A stretch of DNA of 64,000 bases from Candidatus Magasanikbacteria bacterium RIFCSPHIGHO2_02_FULL_48_18 (lineage in GTDB: Bacteria > Patescibacteriota > Patescibacteriia > Magasanikbacterales > UBA922), in assembly GCA_001784285.1 (NCBI GenBank), contig MFQC01000008.1, positions 90,599 through 154,598 of the forward strand, in the 5' to 3' direction. Below the pieces are notes generated by a model. The model saw only the letters and a list, made by a program, of their open reading frames with translations, did no database searches and had not been told where the DNA came from. Of the stretch, positions 39,225 through 49,707 are shown piece by piece; within the stretch, counting starts at the first letter, position 1; every line of letters starts with the position of its first letter. A program made the position numbers and the translations under genes.

Positions 39225-40520
39225 ATGCGAGAAAAAATTCATATTGACAAATTTGTTTTTGGCGGACAAGGATTGGGGCGTCTTTCAAACGGAAAGGTGG
39301 CATTTGTGTGGAATGCCATTCCGGGCGAAGACGTGCTGTTTGAACCGGTGAAGAATAAAAAGGAATATGTGGAGGGTATTGCGACCGACATTCTTGCACC
39401 GTCTTTGCACAGGATTCCTCCGGCAGAGCCGTCGTTTTTGTCGACCAGCCCGTGGCAGATAATCGATTTTTCCTATGAACAAGAGGTAAAGCAAGCGATT
39501 GCGGCTGAAACGTATGCAAAAATTGGCGATTTGGTGATACACCCTTCGGACATATCCATTGATTCTGACGGGCGCATGTTTGGATACCGAAATAAAATGG
39601 AATTTAGTTTTGCGTTTGGACATGATGGACGGCCTGCGCTGGCTTTTTTTGAACGGGGGAAAAAGGTGAAAATTCCGGTTTTGGATTCGGCGCTTGCGAA
39701 TCCCGCGATCAATGAGGCGGCTCAAAAAATACTTGCGTGGATTGAGGGGCAACAGATTCCGTTGCGAAGCCTCAAGAGTTTGATTGTTCGATCGGCTCGG
39801 TCAACAGATTCTCCAAAAGACGCAACCATTGCCGCGTTGTTTCTCAAAGATCGTTTGCCGTTTTCCCAGTTTCCATCGCTCGATACTCATTTTGCTGGGT
39901 TTCAGCTTTATTATTCAACGCATAAAAGTCCGGCGTCGGTGCCAACCGAACTTCTGTTTGCACAAGGACAAGACACGTTAACCCAGTCACTCTTAGGAAC
40001 CCCGCTTCAATTTGGCATATTGAGTTTTTTTCAAGTCAACCCGCCCTTGTTTGAGCGTGCCCTTCAGGATATTGCCGCGTTTTTGGAACCCCGCACGCCC
40101 ATTGTTGATTTATATTCCGGTGTTGGCGCTATCAGTCTGCCGCTTTCGCGGCATCGATTGGAGGCGATACTGGCAGATAATAGCGAAGAAGCGATTTTCT
40201 ATGCGAAAAAAAATATTGCCATGAACGGGCTTTCACAGTGCAGTGCATTGTGCGTTCCAGCGGAAAATATGACGGACGCTATTGCGTCCGAGAAAGTCCT
40301 TCTGGTTGACCCGCCTCGGGCCGGTCTTCATGAAAAAGTAATCCGCGCCATTTTGTCCCAAAAACCAACGCGGGTTATCTATTTGTCGTGTGATATTGCA
40401 ACCCAGGCGCGGGATATGCGTTTGTTGAGCGAATGCTATGTGGTCTCTTTTCTCAAGCTCTACAATTTTTTTCCTCGAACGCCGCATATCGAAGGGCTTT
40501 GCGTTTTGGATCTTTTGTGA
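39225..40520 (+). CDS. TRAM-domain RNA m5U methyltransferase (RlmD/TrmA family)
   Basis: YRNKMEF, SFFQVN, DLYSGVG, VDPPRAG, YLSC, FFPRTPHIE. Confidence 0.92.
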   Translation: MREKIHIDKFVFGGQGLGRLSNGKVAFVWNAIPGEDVLFEPVKNKKEYVEGIATDILAPSLHRIPPAEPSFLSTSPWQIIDFSYEQEVKQAIAAETYAKIGDLVIHPSDISIDSDGRMFGYRNKMEFSFAFGHDGRPALAFFERGKKVKIPVLDSALANPAINEAAQKILAWIEGQQIPLRSLKSLIVRSARSTDSPKDATIAALFLKDRLPFSQFPSLDTHFAGFQLYYSTHKSPASVPTELLFAQGQDTLTQSLLGTPLQFGILSFFQVNPPLFERALQDIAAFLEPRTPIVDLYSGVGAISLPLSRHRLEAILADNSEEAIFYAKKNIAMNGLSQCSALCVPAENMTDAIASEKVLLVDPPRAGLHEKVIRAILSQKPTRVIYLSCDIATQARDMRLLSECYVVSFLKLYNFFPRTPHIEGLCVLDLL

Positions 40521-40543
40521 TAAAAGAAGTATTATTGGTGCAT

Positions 40544-41374
40544 ATGCACGAGCAATATGTTTGGCATAATAAAGGGTTGATTCCAAAAGAAGAAGCCCGT
40601 GTTCCCATTGGCAATATCGCGGCCATGTATGGCTTTGGCGTGTATGAAAATGTTCGTTTCCGAAACGGCCGAGTTTTCTTTTTGGATCGGCATATCGACC
40701 GTCTTTTTCGTTCCGCCGCGCTTATCGGGCTTGAACATTTTTTTTTGGCGTCCGCTGTTCGTGAAGGAGCACAGGCGCTCGTTCTCAAAAATTATGTTAC
40801 AGACGCAAACATGAAGATGGTGCTCCTGGGCGGAAAAACCGCCGAGGATGCTCAGCTTTTTTTAATGGCGCTTGCGCCGAAATTTGTGGAAAAGTCCGTC
40901 TATCGGAAAGGCGTGCGTGTTTTGGCCAGGCACTATGAACGATTTTTGCCGCAGGCAAAAACATTGAATATGTTGCCAAGCTATCTCTTTTTCCGTGAGG
41001 CGGAAAAGGCAGGCGCGTATGATACCATTTTGGTGAATCGTGAAGGGAACATCACCGAGGGTACCAGGTCAAACATATTTGTCATCCGTGGCGAGCATAT
41101 TATCACGCCCGCAAGGGAGCATGTTTTGCTGGGTGTTACGAGAGAGACGGTTATTGAATGTCTCAGAGAACACGGGTATACTGTCAAGGAGCAATCAGTC
41201 CCATTGGACCGGATTGGGGAATATGAAGGCGCTTTTTTGACGAATACTTCGGGAAAAGTGGTCCCCACACGGAAAATAGACGAACACGAATTTTCTTCCA
41301 TTCCAGAGCTGGTTCGCTCCGCAATGGCATGGTATGATGCGTGGCTTGAGACGAAAGGCGAGTCCTTGATATAA
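40544..41374 (+). CDS. Class IV PLP aminotransferase (IlvE/PabC/Dat family)
   Basis: YGFGVYE, HIDRL, AKT, EGTRSNIF, LLGVTR. Confidence 0.9.
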   Translation: MHEQYVWHNKGLIPKEEARVPIGNIAAMYGFGVYENVRFRNGRVFFLDRHIDRLFRSAALIGLEHFFLASAVREGAQALVLKNYVTDANMKMVLLGGKTAEDAQLFLMALAPKFVEKSVYRKGVRVLARHYERFLPQAKTLNMLPSYLFFREAEKAGAYDTILVNREGNITEGTRSNIFVIRGEHIITPAREHVLLGVTRETVIECLREHGYTVKEQSVPLDRIGEYEGAFLTNTSGKVVPTRKIDEHEFSSIPELVRSAMAWYDAWLETKGESLI

Positions 41375-41407
41375 GACGAGTATTTTAAAACGTAGCGAAA
41401 ACGCACT

Positions 41408-42052
41408 ATGTCCGAAACAACAAAACGGGTCGTTTTATGGGGGGGAACCATTCTTGGTCTTTTTTTATTTGTCGTGCTTTTGGCAAAGTTGGGCGCCGGA
41501 GGCTCGTCCGGGGTATTGTCAGATGACGTCGGCCCCGATGATCACACGCAAGGAACGCAGGGAGCGGCGGTGGTGTTGATCGAATACAGCGATTTTCAAT
41601 GTCCTGCCTGCAAGGCCACGTATCCGATAGTCAAAAAGATTGCAGAAGAATATCAGGACAAGATTCTTTTTTCCTATCGCGATTTTCCGCTTGAGCAAAT
41701 TCACGCCCAGGCATTCTTGGCGGCGCAAGCCGCAGAGGCGGCCGGAATGCAGGGAAAATTTTGGGATATGCATGATGTGTTGTTCAATACGCAAGCAACA
41801 TGGTCGGGCATCGGCGCGGCGGAAGATTTTTTTGTAGCGCTCGCCGATTCCATTGGCCTCAACCAAGAACAATTTAAAGCGGATTTGTATTCTGATTCGG
41901 TAAAAAAGAAGGTTCAGGACGACATCGAATCGGGCAATGCATCCGGCGTCAATGCCACACCCGCGTTTTTTCTCAACGGAACACAAATAACCCATCCCGG
42001 ATCGTATGACGGATTCAAAAAAATCATTGATGATGCACTTGCCAATTCCTAA
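41408..42052 (+). CDS. DsbA-family thiol-disulfide oxidoreductase
   Basis: EYSDFQCPAC, GVNATP; N-terminal TM. Confidence 0.92.
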   Translation: MSETTKRVVLWGGTILGLFLFVVLLAKLGAGGSSGVLSDDVGPDDHTQGTQGAAVVLIEYSDFQCPACKATYPIVKKIAEEYQDKILFSYRDFPLEQIHAQAFLAAQAAEAAGMQGKFWDMHDVLFNTQATWSGIGAAEDFFVALADSIGLNQEQFKADLYSDSVKKKVQDDIESGNASGVNATPAFFLNGTQITHPGSYDGFKKIIDDALANS

Positions 42053-42506
42053 ATGGCTCCCGTTCGCATTTCTTCTTGTCTCATTTCTTGGTTTTTTGGA
42101 TGCCACCTATTTGACCGTTGCCCATTATGGCGGCGTTGCCCTGGTGTGCGGCGTATTTCAAGGATGCGATGTGGTCACGACGAGTTTGTACGCGACCGTG
42201 TTTGGCATTCCGGTCGCGCTCTTGGGAGCCGTCTATTATTTGGATGTATTTTTCTTTACCCTTCTCTATATTGACACTAAAAAACCGCTCTTTTTTCTTT
42301 TGGCGGCCGGATGGACCGTTGCGGGTCTTTTTGCGTCTGCATGGTTTATGTATCTGCAATTATTTGTCATCCGGCAAATATGCATCTATTGCATCGGGTC
42401 GGCCGCAACGTCGGCGCTTTTGTTTGCATGTGCCGTTTTTTTTGTCTGGCACGGCTTGAAACAAATATCGAACCCGCATCCTGGAGAGCCGCCAGTTCTA
42501 TCATAG
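42030..42506 (+). CDS. Vitamin K epoxide reductase (VKOR) family protein
   Basis: C...GCDVVTTS, FGIPVALLG, CIYC; overlaps dsbA. Confidence 0.9.
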   Translation: MMHLPIPKWLPFAFLLVSFLGFLDATYLTVAHYGGVALVCGVFQGCDVVTTSLYATVFGIPVALLGAVYYLDVFFFTLLYIDTKKPLFFLLAAGWTVAGLFASAWFMYLQLFVIRQICIYCIGSAATSALLFACAVFFVWHGLKQISNPHPGEPPVLS

Positions 42507-42520
42507 AAATAAACTGATGT

Positions 42521-43474
42521 ATGTCGCATATTATTCTTTCAGGTTCATTGGCGTACGATTATATCATGGATTTTCCGGATTCATTTAAGAATCACATTTT
42601 ACCGGACCAGATTCATATTTTGAATGTTTGTTTTGTCGTTGAAAAACTGGAAAAGAATTTTGGCGGCACTGCCGGGAATATCGCATATACCATGGCGCTT
42701 CTCGGCGGGTCGCCGGTTATTGTCTCCTCGGTCGGAAAAGACGGTAAAGAATATATTGAGCGTCTCACGATGCTTGGCATTGAAACCGGAGGAGTGGTTC
42801 AATCACAGGAGCGGATGACCGCCTCCGCGTACATTACGACCGATAAAGACGACAACCAGGTGACCGCATTTTATCCCGGGACATTGGACGAAGCGCCGTC
42901 GTTGTCTGCTTTCTCAGAAAAATCGGAGGCAACGTTTGCGATTATTGGTCCAACCAACAAAACCATCATGTTGCGGCACGCGAAAGAATGCCACGACTCC
43001 AGAATTCCCTTTGTGTTTGATCCGGGCCAACAAATTACGGCGCTCAACCCCCAAGAATTGATGCAGGCGATCGGGCAGGCCGCGTTTTTGATTGGCAATG
43101 ATTATGAAATGAAGATGATAGAACAAAAAACCGGTTGGGATACGCGCGCCCTTTTGGATCATGTGGATGTGGTTATTGTGACAATGGGCGAACGCGGATC
43201 GGTGGTTGTGACCAAAGATCAGACCTATGAAATTGAGGCGGTAAAACCGCGTTCGGTTGATGACCCGACAGGGGCTGGAGACGCCTACCGCGCAGGATTT
43301 TTTTTGGCATATAGCCGTGGAAACAATTTTGAGACCTGCGGCCGCGTGGGGAGCGTGGCCGCCGCATATGCCATTGAACATTATGGAACACAGCACCATA
43401 CATTTGCCCAAAATGAGTTTGTGGAACGGTACGAGAGGGCATATGGCGGTACGCTCGATTGGACATACCAATAA
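42521..43474 (+). CDS. PfkB-family kinase, probable adenosine kinase
   Basis: GSLAYDYIM, GGTAGNIAY, FDPGQQ, DPTGAGDAYRAG. Confidence 0.85.
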   Translation: MSHIILSGSLAYDYIMDFPDSFKNHILPDQIHILNVCFVVEKLEKNFGGTAGNIAYTMALLGGSPVIVSSVGKDGKEYIERLTMLGIETGGVVQSQERMTASAYITTDKDDNQVTAFYPGTLDEAPSLSAFSEKSEATFAIIGPTNKTIMLRHAKECHDSRIPFVFDPGQQITALNPQELMQAIGQAAFLIGNDYEMKMIEQKTGWDTRALLDHVDVVIVTMGERGSVVVTKDQTYEIEAVKPRSVDDPTGAGDAYRAGFFLAYSRGNNFETCGRVGSVAAAYAIEHYGTQHHTFAQNEFVERYERAYGGTLDWTYQ

Positions 43475-44451
43475 AAGGCTTGATTTTTATGTTTTTTTCT
43501 ATTTTTTTCTTGCTTATTGGACTTGCCATTTTGCTTTTTGGCGGCGAGGTATTTGTTCGAGGGTCCGCGTCATTTGCGAGGCGTCTTCGCGTGCCTCCTC
43601 TTGTGATCGGGCTCACCATTGTGGCGTTTGGAACGTCTGCTCCGGAATTGATCGTCAATATCTTTGCCGCGCTGAGAGGCGCTTCCGATATTGCCATGGG
43701 CAATATTTTGGGGAGCAATATCGTCAATATTTTGTTTATTTTAGGCATTGCCGCGGTGGTTCGCCCGCTTTCGGTTAAAGAAAACACGACATGGAAAGAA
43801 ATTCCTCTGGGCATTCTTTCTGTTGTCGTCCTCTTTTTGCTGGGGAATGACGTCATGTTTGGAAACAACGGCGCGGATGTGTTGACGCGGGCCGACGGAC
43901 TGATCCTCATCAGTTTTTTTATTATTTTTTTGTATTACACGTACGGCCTTAGCAAAGTGGAAGGCGAAAAGCAGGATCTTGCGACATACAGCACCCGCCG
44001 GTCGGTGGCATATATTATTGGCGGCGTTATCGCCCTGGCGCTCGGAGGAAAATTCATGGTTGACGGCGCGGTTGCGCTCGCGCGCATGGCGGGAGTTTCC
44101 GAATTATTGATCGGACTTACCATAACCGCTGTGGGGACGTCTCTTCCCGAACTCGTGACCTCTGTCATTGCCGCGTACCGCGGGCATGTGGCAATTGCGG
44201 TCGGCAATGTGGTGGGGTCAAATATCTTTAATATATTGTGGATTTTGGGCATTACGCCGGTCATTGCGCCGATCGCGTTGCCCGAGTCAATCAATGTGGA
44301 TCTCGCGATGGCGTTTATCGCGTCTATGTTATTGTTTTTGGTCATGTTTGTCGGCGGAAAAAAGCATCGTCATGTGCTTCGGCGCTCTGAGGGCATTTTT
44401 TTTGTTTTGTGTTATATTGCCTATATTATGTTTGTTGTCTTTCGGGGATAA
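43459..44451 (+). CDS. Calcium/sodium antiporter (YrbG family)
   Basis: Two alpha repeats GTSAPE/GTSLPE with GNxxGSNI. Confidence 0.92.
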   Translation: MDIPIKGLIFMFFSIFFLLIGLAILLFGGEVFVRGSASFARRLRVPPLVIGLTIVAFGTSAPELIVNIFAALRGASDIAMGNILGSNIVNILFILGIAAVVRPLSVKENTTWKEIPLGILSVVVLFLLGNDVMFGNNGADVLTRADGLILISFFIIFLYYTYGLSKVEGEKQDLATYSTRRSVAYIIGGVIALALGGKFMVDGAVALARMAGVSELLIGLTITAVGTSLPELVTSVIAAYRGHVAIAVGNVVGSNIFNILWILGITPVIAPIALPESINVDLAMAFIASMLLFLVMFVGGKKHRHVLRRSEGIFFVLCYIAYIMFVVFRG

Positions 44452-44468
44452 ACATGTAATTTTTTTCT

Positions 44469-45899
44469 ATGAATCAAACCGATCAGTACAAGGTGAAAGA
44501 CCTGTCGCTTGCCGAATTGGGAAGAAAAGAAATTGAAATTGCGGAAAAAGAAATGCCTGGTCTCATGGCAATTCGGGAGCGGTATAGAGAGGGAAAACCG
44601 TTGAATGGCGTGAATGTTACCGGGTCGCTTCACATGACAATTCAAACCGCGGTTTTGATTGAAACGCTCGCGGCCCTCGGCGCCAACGTGCGGTGGGCGA
44701 GTTGTAATATTTTTTCGACCCAGGATCATGCGGCGGCGGCAATTGCCAAAGCAGGCATTCCTGTGTTTGCCTGGAAAGGGGAAACGCTTGAAGAGTATTG
44801 GTGGTGCACGGAGCGCGCGCTTGATTTTGACAACGGAAAGGGGCCGGATCTCATTGTTGACGATGGCGGCGATGCGACGCTTATGATTCATCAAGGAGTG
44901 GCTGTAGAAAAAAATCCTTCTCTTTTGGAAAAAGATTTTTCAAAGGAGGGAGAGGATTTCCAGGAACTCATGAAACGCCTTGGAGAAGAATATCAAAAAA
45001 ATTCGGTGCGGTGGCAAACAGTGGCAAAAGGGGTAAAAGGAGTCTCGGAAGAAACCACAACGGGCGTGCATCGCCTGTACCAAATGGAAAAAGAAAAAGC
45101 GCTGTTGTTCCCTGCCATCAATGTGAATGATTCGGTGACCAAATCAAAATTTGACAATATCTATGGATGCCGCCATTCGGTGGTGGATGGGCTGAATCGA
45201 GCCATGGATGTGATGCTTTCGGGAAAAGTTGCGGTAGTGTGCGGATATGGCGATGTGGGAAAAGGATGCGCCCAAGCATTGAAGGGCCAAGGGTGCCGCG
45301 TTATCGTGACCGAGATCGACCCGATCTGCGCGCTCCAGGCGGCCATGGAAGGATATGAAGTGACGACACTTGAAGAGACGCTTGGACGAGCGGATATCTA
45401 CGTGACCACAACCGGCAATAAAGACATTATTCGCGTCGAGCACATGGAGCGCATGAAAGATCAGGCGGTCGTGTGCAATATCGGGCACTTTGATAATGAA
45501 ATTCAAGTGACGCTTCTCAATGAGCGAAAGGATGTCCGCCGGATTACGATTAAACCGCAGGTTGATAAATATATATTTCCCCCCACGGCGGACAGGCCCA
45601 ATGGCCATGAAATGTATTTGCTTGCGGAAGGACGGCTGGTCAATTTGGGATGTGCGACCGGCCACCCCAGCTTTGTTATGAGCAACAGCTTTAGCAATCA
45701 GGTATTGGCGCAGATTGATTTGTGGAAAGGAACATATGCGATTGGCGTGTATACATTGCCAAAGAAATTGGACGAAGAGGTCGCGCGGCTTCACCTTGAA
45801 AAAATCGGGATACGGTTGACCACGCTGACCGAAGAGCAGGCGCGGTATATCGGCGTTCCGGTCGAGGGTCCGTATAAATCGGAATGGTATCGCTATTAG
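44469..45899 (+). CDS. ahcY: Adenosylhomocysteinase
   Basis: [45 protein letters not shown]. Confidence 0.97.
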   Translation: MNQTDQYKVKDLSLAELGRKEIEIAEKEMPGLMAIRERYREGKPLNGVNVTGSLHMTIQTAVLIETLAALGANVRWASCNIFSTQDHAAAAIAKAGIPVFAWKGETLEEYWWCTERALDFDNGKGPDLIVDDGGDATLMIHQGVAVEKNPSLLEKDFSKEGEDFQELMKRLGEEYQKNSVRWQTVAKGVKGVSEETTTGVHRLYQMEKEKALLFPAINVNDSVTKSKFDNIYGCRHSVVDGLNRAMDVMLSGKVAVVCGYGDVGKGCAQALKGQGCRVIVTEIDPICALQAAMEGYEVTTLEETLGRADIYVTTTGNKDIIRVEHMERMKDQAVVCNIGHFDNEIQVTLLNERKDVRRITIKPQVDKYIFPPTADRPNGHEMYLLAEGRLVNLGCATGHPSFVMSNSFSNQVLAQIDLWKGTYAIGVYTLPKKLDEEVARLHLEKIGIRLTTLTEEQARYIGVPVEGPYKSEWYRY

Positions 45900-45924
45900 G
45901 ATTTTTGAAACGGTGTTATCCAAA

Positions 45925-45949
45925 AAAACCGTGGGGTATCCACGGTTTT
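45925..45949 (+). terminator. Hairpin after ahcY
   Basis: AAAACCGTGG-GGTAT-CCACGGTTTT. Confidence 0.6.
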
Positions 45950-45995
45950 ATCATGTTGAAAAAAACTCCAAAATAGGGTTAAATGAAGGATATCT

Positions 45996-47222
45996 ATGAT
46001 GGTCTATTTTATCATTCTTTGTCTCTTTCTCCTTCTCTCCGCGTCTTTCTCCGCGGCCGAGGTGGCGTTCATATCTTTGACAAACGCCAAAATTGAGGCC
46101 ATGATCAAGCGAAAACTTCCACGAGCGGAGCTTATCAAAAAATTAAAGTCCAACCCCAGGCGCCTGTTGATTGTTGTTTTGATTGGGAACAACGTGGTCA
46201 ATATCGGGAGCGCGTCTTTGGCAACCATTGTGGCCTCGACGCTGTTTGATTCGGCTGTCTTTGGCATTACCACCGGAGTTATGACATTGATTATTTTGAT
46301 TTTTGGCGAGATTCTTCCCAAAAGTTATGCCGTGAATCATCAAAAGCGATTAGCGATTTTTTTTGCGCCTCTGCTTTTATTTTTTTACTATTTATTTTTC
46401 CCCGTGGTTGTGATTTTTGAATGGTTTTCAGCTCTTCTTACCGGGGACCACGTGGAAGAAAAAGTCAGCGAGGAAGAATTGAAAGCGCTCGTAAAAGCAG
46501 GAGTAAAACAAGGAACGATTGAACACGAAGAAGACCAAATGATCCATCGTTTGTTTGCTTTAAACGATATTACAGCCGAAGACATTATGATACCCAGGGT
46601 GCAGATGATTTCTATCGGCGCTGATCAATCCATTGACAAGGCCGCGGGAATTATTGAGCGCCACCCGTTTAGCCGGTTCCCAATTATCGACCAATCACCT
46701 GATCGAGTGATTGGGTTTGTTCATTCCCGGGACGTGTTGTTGGCATACCATACGGATGCCGAACACACGCCGATTAAAAAAATTATCCGTCCCATTGTGG
46801 TGGTTCCCAAACAAATGCGCATTGACGACATTATGCGCGAATTTCAAAAAACACGAACCCATATGGCGATCGTGGTTGACGAGTACGGCGGCACGGAAGG
46901 TATTGTGACATTTGAAGACATTATTGAAGAATTGTTGGGGGATATCGAGGATGAATCTGACATTGATAACACGCGCATCAGTCGAATTGATACAAAAACC
47001 ATTCTTGTCGCAGGGGATACGGATATTCGTGATATTAATCGCGCGCTCAAGTCTTCTCTTCCCGGGGATGATTTTGATACCATTGCCGAAGTGCTTTTGG
47101 ACGCGTTTCATAAACTGCCGCAGAAAGGAGACCAGGCAACACTTGGGAATGCGGAATGCACCGTGGAAGAAGTGAAAAAACGCCGGATTCAAAAAGTGAA
47201 AGTTGTTCGTCTCTATGCCTGA
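45996..47222 (+). CDS. CNNM/HlyC-CorC family protein (DUF21-CBS-CorC)
   Basis: FSAAEVA, FGEILPK, FSRFP, VVDEYGGTEGIVTFEDIIEE. Confidence 0.92.
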   Translation: MMVYFIILCLFLLLSASFSAAEVAFISLTNAKIEAMIKRKLPRAELIKKLKSNPRRLLIVVLIGNNVVNIGSASLATIVASTLFDSAVFGITTGVMTLIILIFGEILPKSYAVNHQKRLAIFFAPLLLFFYYLFFPVVVIFEWFSALLTGDHVEEKVSEEELKALVKAGVKQGTIEHEEDQMIHRLFALNDITAEDIMIPRVQMISIGADQSIDKAAGIIERHPFSRFPIIDQSPDRVIGFVHSRDVLLAYHTDAEHTPIKKIIRPIVVVPKQMRIDDIMREFQKTRTHMAIVVDEYGGTEGIVTFEDIIEELLGDIEDESDIDNTRISRIDTKTILVAGDTDIRDINRALKSSLPGDDFDTIAEVLLDAFHKLPQKGDQATLGNAECTVEEVKKRRIQKVKVVRLYA

Positions 47223-48003
47223 AACAATGCGCATTCATAAATATATGGCTATACAAGGGATGTGTTCTCGCAGAAAAGCAGAGGAATTGATTCGCGCTGG
47301 AAAAGTGCGATTGAATGGCAGGGTCGTAACGACAATGGGGCGCATGATTGATCCATTGAAAGACACGGTTGAAATCATCGGAGATCGGGCATATTCGAAA
47401 TCTGGCGCACCCATAATCCCCAAAGCCCCAGTAATCGAAGATTCAAAATTGTATATTGCCCTCAATAAACCGGTTGGATATATTACGAGTGCGTCGAACA
47501 CCCAGGGTCAGTCGGTCATTGATCTTATGACCCCGGATCAATGCATGCAGAGAAACAGCAAAAAATTTCTTTTTGGCAAAGACCGTCCGCCACGAGTATT
47601 CCCCGTTGGACGCCTGGATAAAGATTCCGAAGGGTTGGTGCTGTTAACCAATGATGGCGACCTGGCCAATAGAGTAACCCATCCGCGGTATGAGCATGAA
47701 AAAGAATATGATGTGGTGATTGATCATCCGCTCACAAGAGACGCAAAAAAAGTGTTGGAACACGGCATGAAGTTGGACGATGATATCGTTGGAGGAGTGG
47801 ACATTATAAAAGAGTTTAATAAGGGAAGACAAACCATTGTAACTGTTATGTTAACCGAAGGAAAAAATCGCCAAATACGAAAAATGTTCGGCCGTCTTGG
47901 CTATGTCGTTCATACGCTTCGCCGGACAAGAATAGGAAAGCTGAAATTGGGCGTATTGCCGGTGGGGCGGTGGAGATTTGTCAGAAAAGAACATATTGTG
48001 TAA
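47215..48003 (+). CDS. rRNA pseudouridine synthase (RsuA/RluB family, S4 domain)
   Basis: SRRKAEELI, NKPVG, GRLDKDSEGL, EGKNRQIR. Confidence 0.93.
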   Translation: MPETMRIHKYMAIQGMCSRRKAEELIRAGKVRLNGRVVTTMGRMIDPLKDTVEIIGDRAYSKSGAPIIPKAPVIEDSKLYIALNKPVGYITSASNTQGQSVIDLMTPDQCMQRNSKKFLFGKDRPPRVFPVGRLDKDSEGLVLLTNDGDLANRVTHPRYEHEKEYDVVIDHPLTRDAKKVLEHGMKLDDDIVGGVDIIKEFNKGRQTIVTVMLTEGKNRQIRKMFGRLGYVVHTLRRTRIGKLKLGVLPVGRWRFVRKEHIV

Positions 48004-48013
48004 GCCAGACTGT

Positions 48014-49588
48014 ATGCGCAAATTGCTTCTTCTCATTCTCGATGGATGGGGCATCAATACGAATTTAAAAAATAATGCGATTGCGGAAGCTAATCCATCT
48101 TTTTGGAATCATCTTGTACAAGAGTATCCGTTTAGCGCGCTCCATTGCCGTGAAGAATCAGTCGGCGTACCGAAGGGGTGTCTTTCCAACTCCGAAGTGG
48201 GCCACACCGCGATCGGCGCCGGACGGGTAGTGCCGCAGAGCGCGTTTGCGATTGATGAGGCAATTCAAAGCAAGGCATTTTTTGATAATCGTGTATTTGT
48301 AAAAATTCAAGAACACCACACGGCTTCTGGTGGCGCGCTCCACCTTGTCGGGCTTTTGAGTAATGGCGGCATTCATGGACATATTGATCATGTGATTGCG
48401 CTTTTGGAGTGGGCACAACAAAAAAAAATGGACAATGTGTTCCTCCATCTTTTTTTGGATGGCCGCGACATGCCGCCGATGAGCGCCCTTACTCTTTTGA
48501 AAAAATTGGAGCCGTTTCTGAATGATACCGTTCAGATTGCTTCTGTGTGCGGCCGGGCGATTGCCATGGATCGCTCGGAAACGTGGGAAAGAACGGTGAG
48601 TGCATATAATACACTGCTGGCTGTCCAGCCCCTTACCCCCCTCTTGATCTCCCACGCGGGGGAGGAGAGATTTGGCGCTTCTGCCATGGTTGAGATGAGC
48701 ACGATGAACGTAACAACATATATAGAACAGAATTATGCCGAAGGCGTGGGTGATGAATTTATCCAACCCGCTCGGTTTTGTGATGCGGGGATACAAGATA
48801 ACGACGCGGTGATCTTTTTTAATTTTCGCGCCGACCGCATGCGGCAAATGGTACGGTTGTTTTTGAAAAAAGCGCCGTCTGCAATACAACAGCATATTAT
48901 GGTGCCAAAAAATCTTTTTTTGTCAAGTCTGACGAGTTACAATGATGATTTTGACGCACACGTCATGCCTTTTTTTCCAAAAGAAATTCCAAAAAATAAT
49001 ATGGGAGAATGGCTCAGTACAAAAGGATTGACGCAGTTTCGCATTACGGAAACTGAAAAATACGCGCACGTCACATTTTTTTTCAATGGCGGGCAAGAAG
49101 TGACGTTTCCCGGAGAAGAACGGCTACTCATTCCATCGCTTGGCCTCGCCAATTACGCGTCGCATCCGGAAATGAGTTTGCCCGAAGTAACGACGTCACT
49201 CTGCCGCGTGCTCACGCAGGAGCGGTTTGATTTTGTGGTGTGCAATATTGCCAATGGGGATATGGTGGGGCATAGCGGCGACCTTACTGCCGGGATCCGG
49301 GCTGTACAGCACGTTGATACGGCGCTTTCCAAAATTGTGTCAAAAGCGGAAGCATGCGGGTATACGGTCGTGATCACGGCTGACCACGGTAATATTGAAT
49401 ATATGGAACACGAAGGAACACCGCATACCGCGCATACCTTCAACGACGTGCCATTTTTGGTGATTGGGCAAAACGTTTCTCTTGAAAAAAATGGTTATTT
49501 GCACCAGGTAGCACCAACGCTTCTCGAGCTTATGGGCATAGAAAAACCTGCCGAAATGACGAGTGAGTCGTTAATAATGACAAAATAA
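48014..49588 (+). CDS. gpmI: 2,3-bisphosphoglycerate-independent phosphoglycerate mutase
   Basis: ILDGWG, NSEVGH, DGRD, NFRADR, ETEKYAHVTFFFNGG, DMVGH, TADHGN. Confidence 0.96.
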   Translation: MRKLLLLILDGWGINTNLKNNAIAEANPSFWNHLVQEYPFSALHCREESVGVPKGCLSNSEVGHTAIGAGRVVPQSAFAIDEAIQSKAFFDNRVFVKIQEHHTASGGALHLVGLLSNGGIHGHIDHVIALLEWAQQKKMDNVFLHLFLDGRDMPPMSALTLLKKLEPFLNDTVQIASVCGRAIAMDRSETWERTVSAYNTLLAVQPLTPLLISHAGEERFGASAMVEMSTMNVTTYIEQNYAEGVGDEFIQPARFCDAGIQDNDAVIFFNFRADRMRQMVRLFLKKAPSAIQQHIMVPKNLFLSSLTSYNDDFDAHVMPFFPKEIPKNNMGEWLSTKGLTQFRITETEKYAHVTFFFNGGQEVTFPGEERLLIPSLGLANYASHPEMSLPEVTTSLCRVLTQERFDFVVCNIANGDMVGHSGDLTAGIRAVQHVDTALSKIVSKAEACGYTVVITADHGNIEYMEHEGTPHTAHTFNDVPFLVIGQNVSLEKNGYLHQVAPTLLELMGIEKPAEMTSESLIMTK

Positions 49589-49589
49589 A

Positions 49590-49613
49590 CCCCGCCATTG
49601 TGGAATGACGGGG
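49590..49613. terminator. Hairpin between gpmI and convergent ORF
   Basis: CCCCGCCATT-GTGG-AATGACGGGG. Confidence 0.55.
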
Positions 49614-49707
49614 CTGTGAGGTATTGAAGAACCCACCGTTGGATCCGCGTTGGGTCGCCTGCCCCGATGAACATCGGGGCGGAAGGCAGTGCGGTGGTGG
49701 GTGTGGT

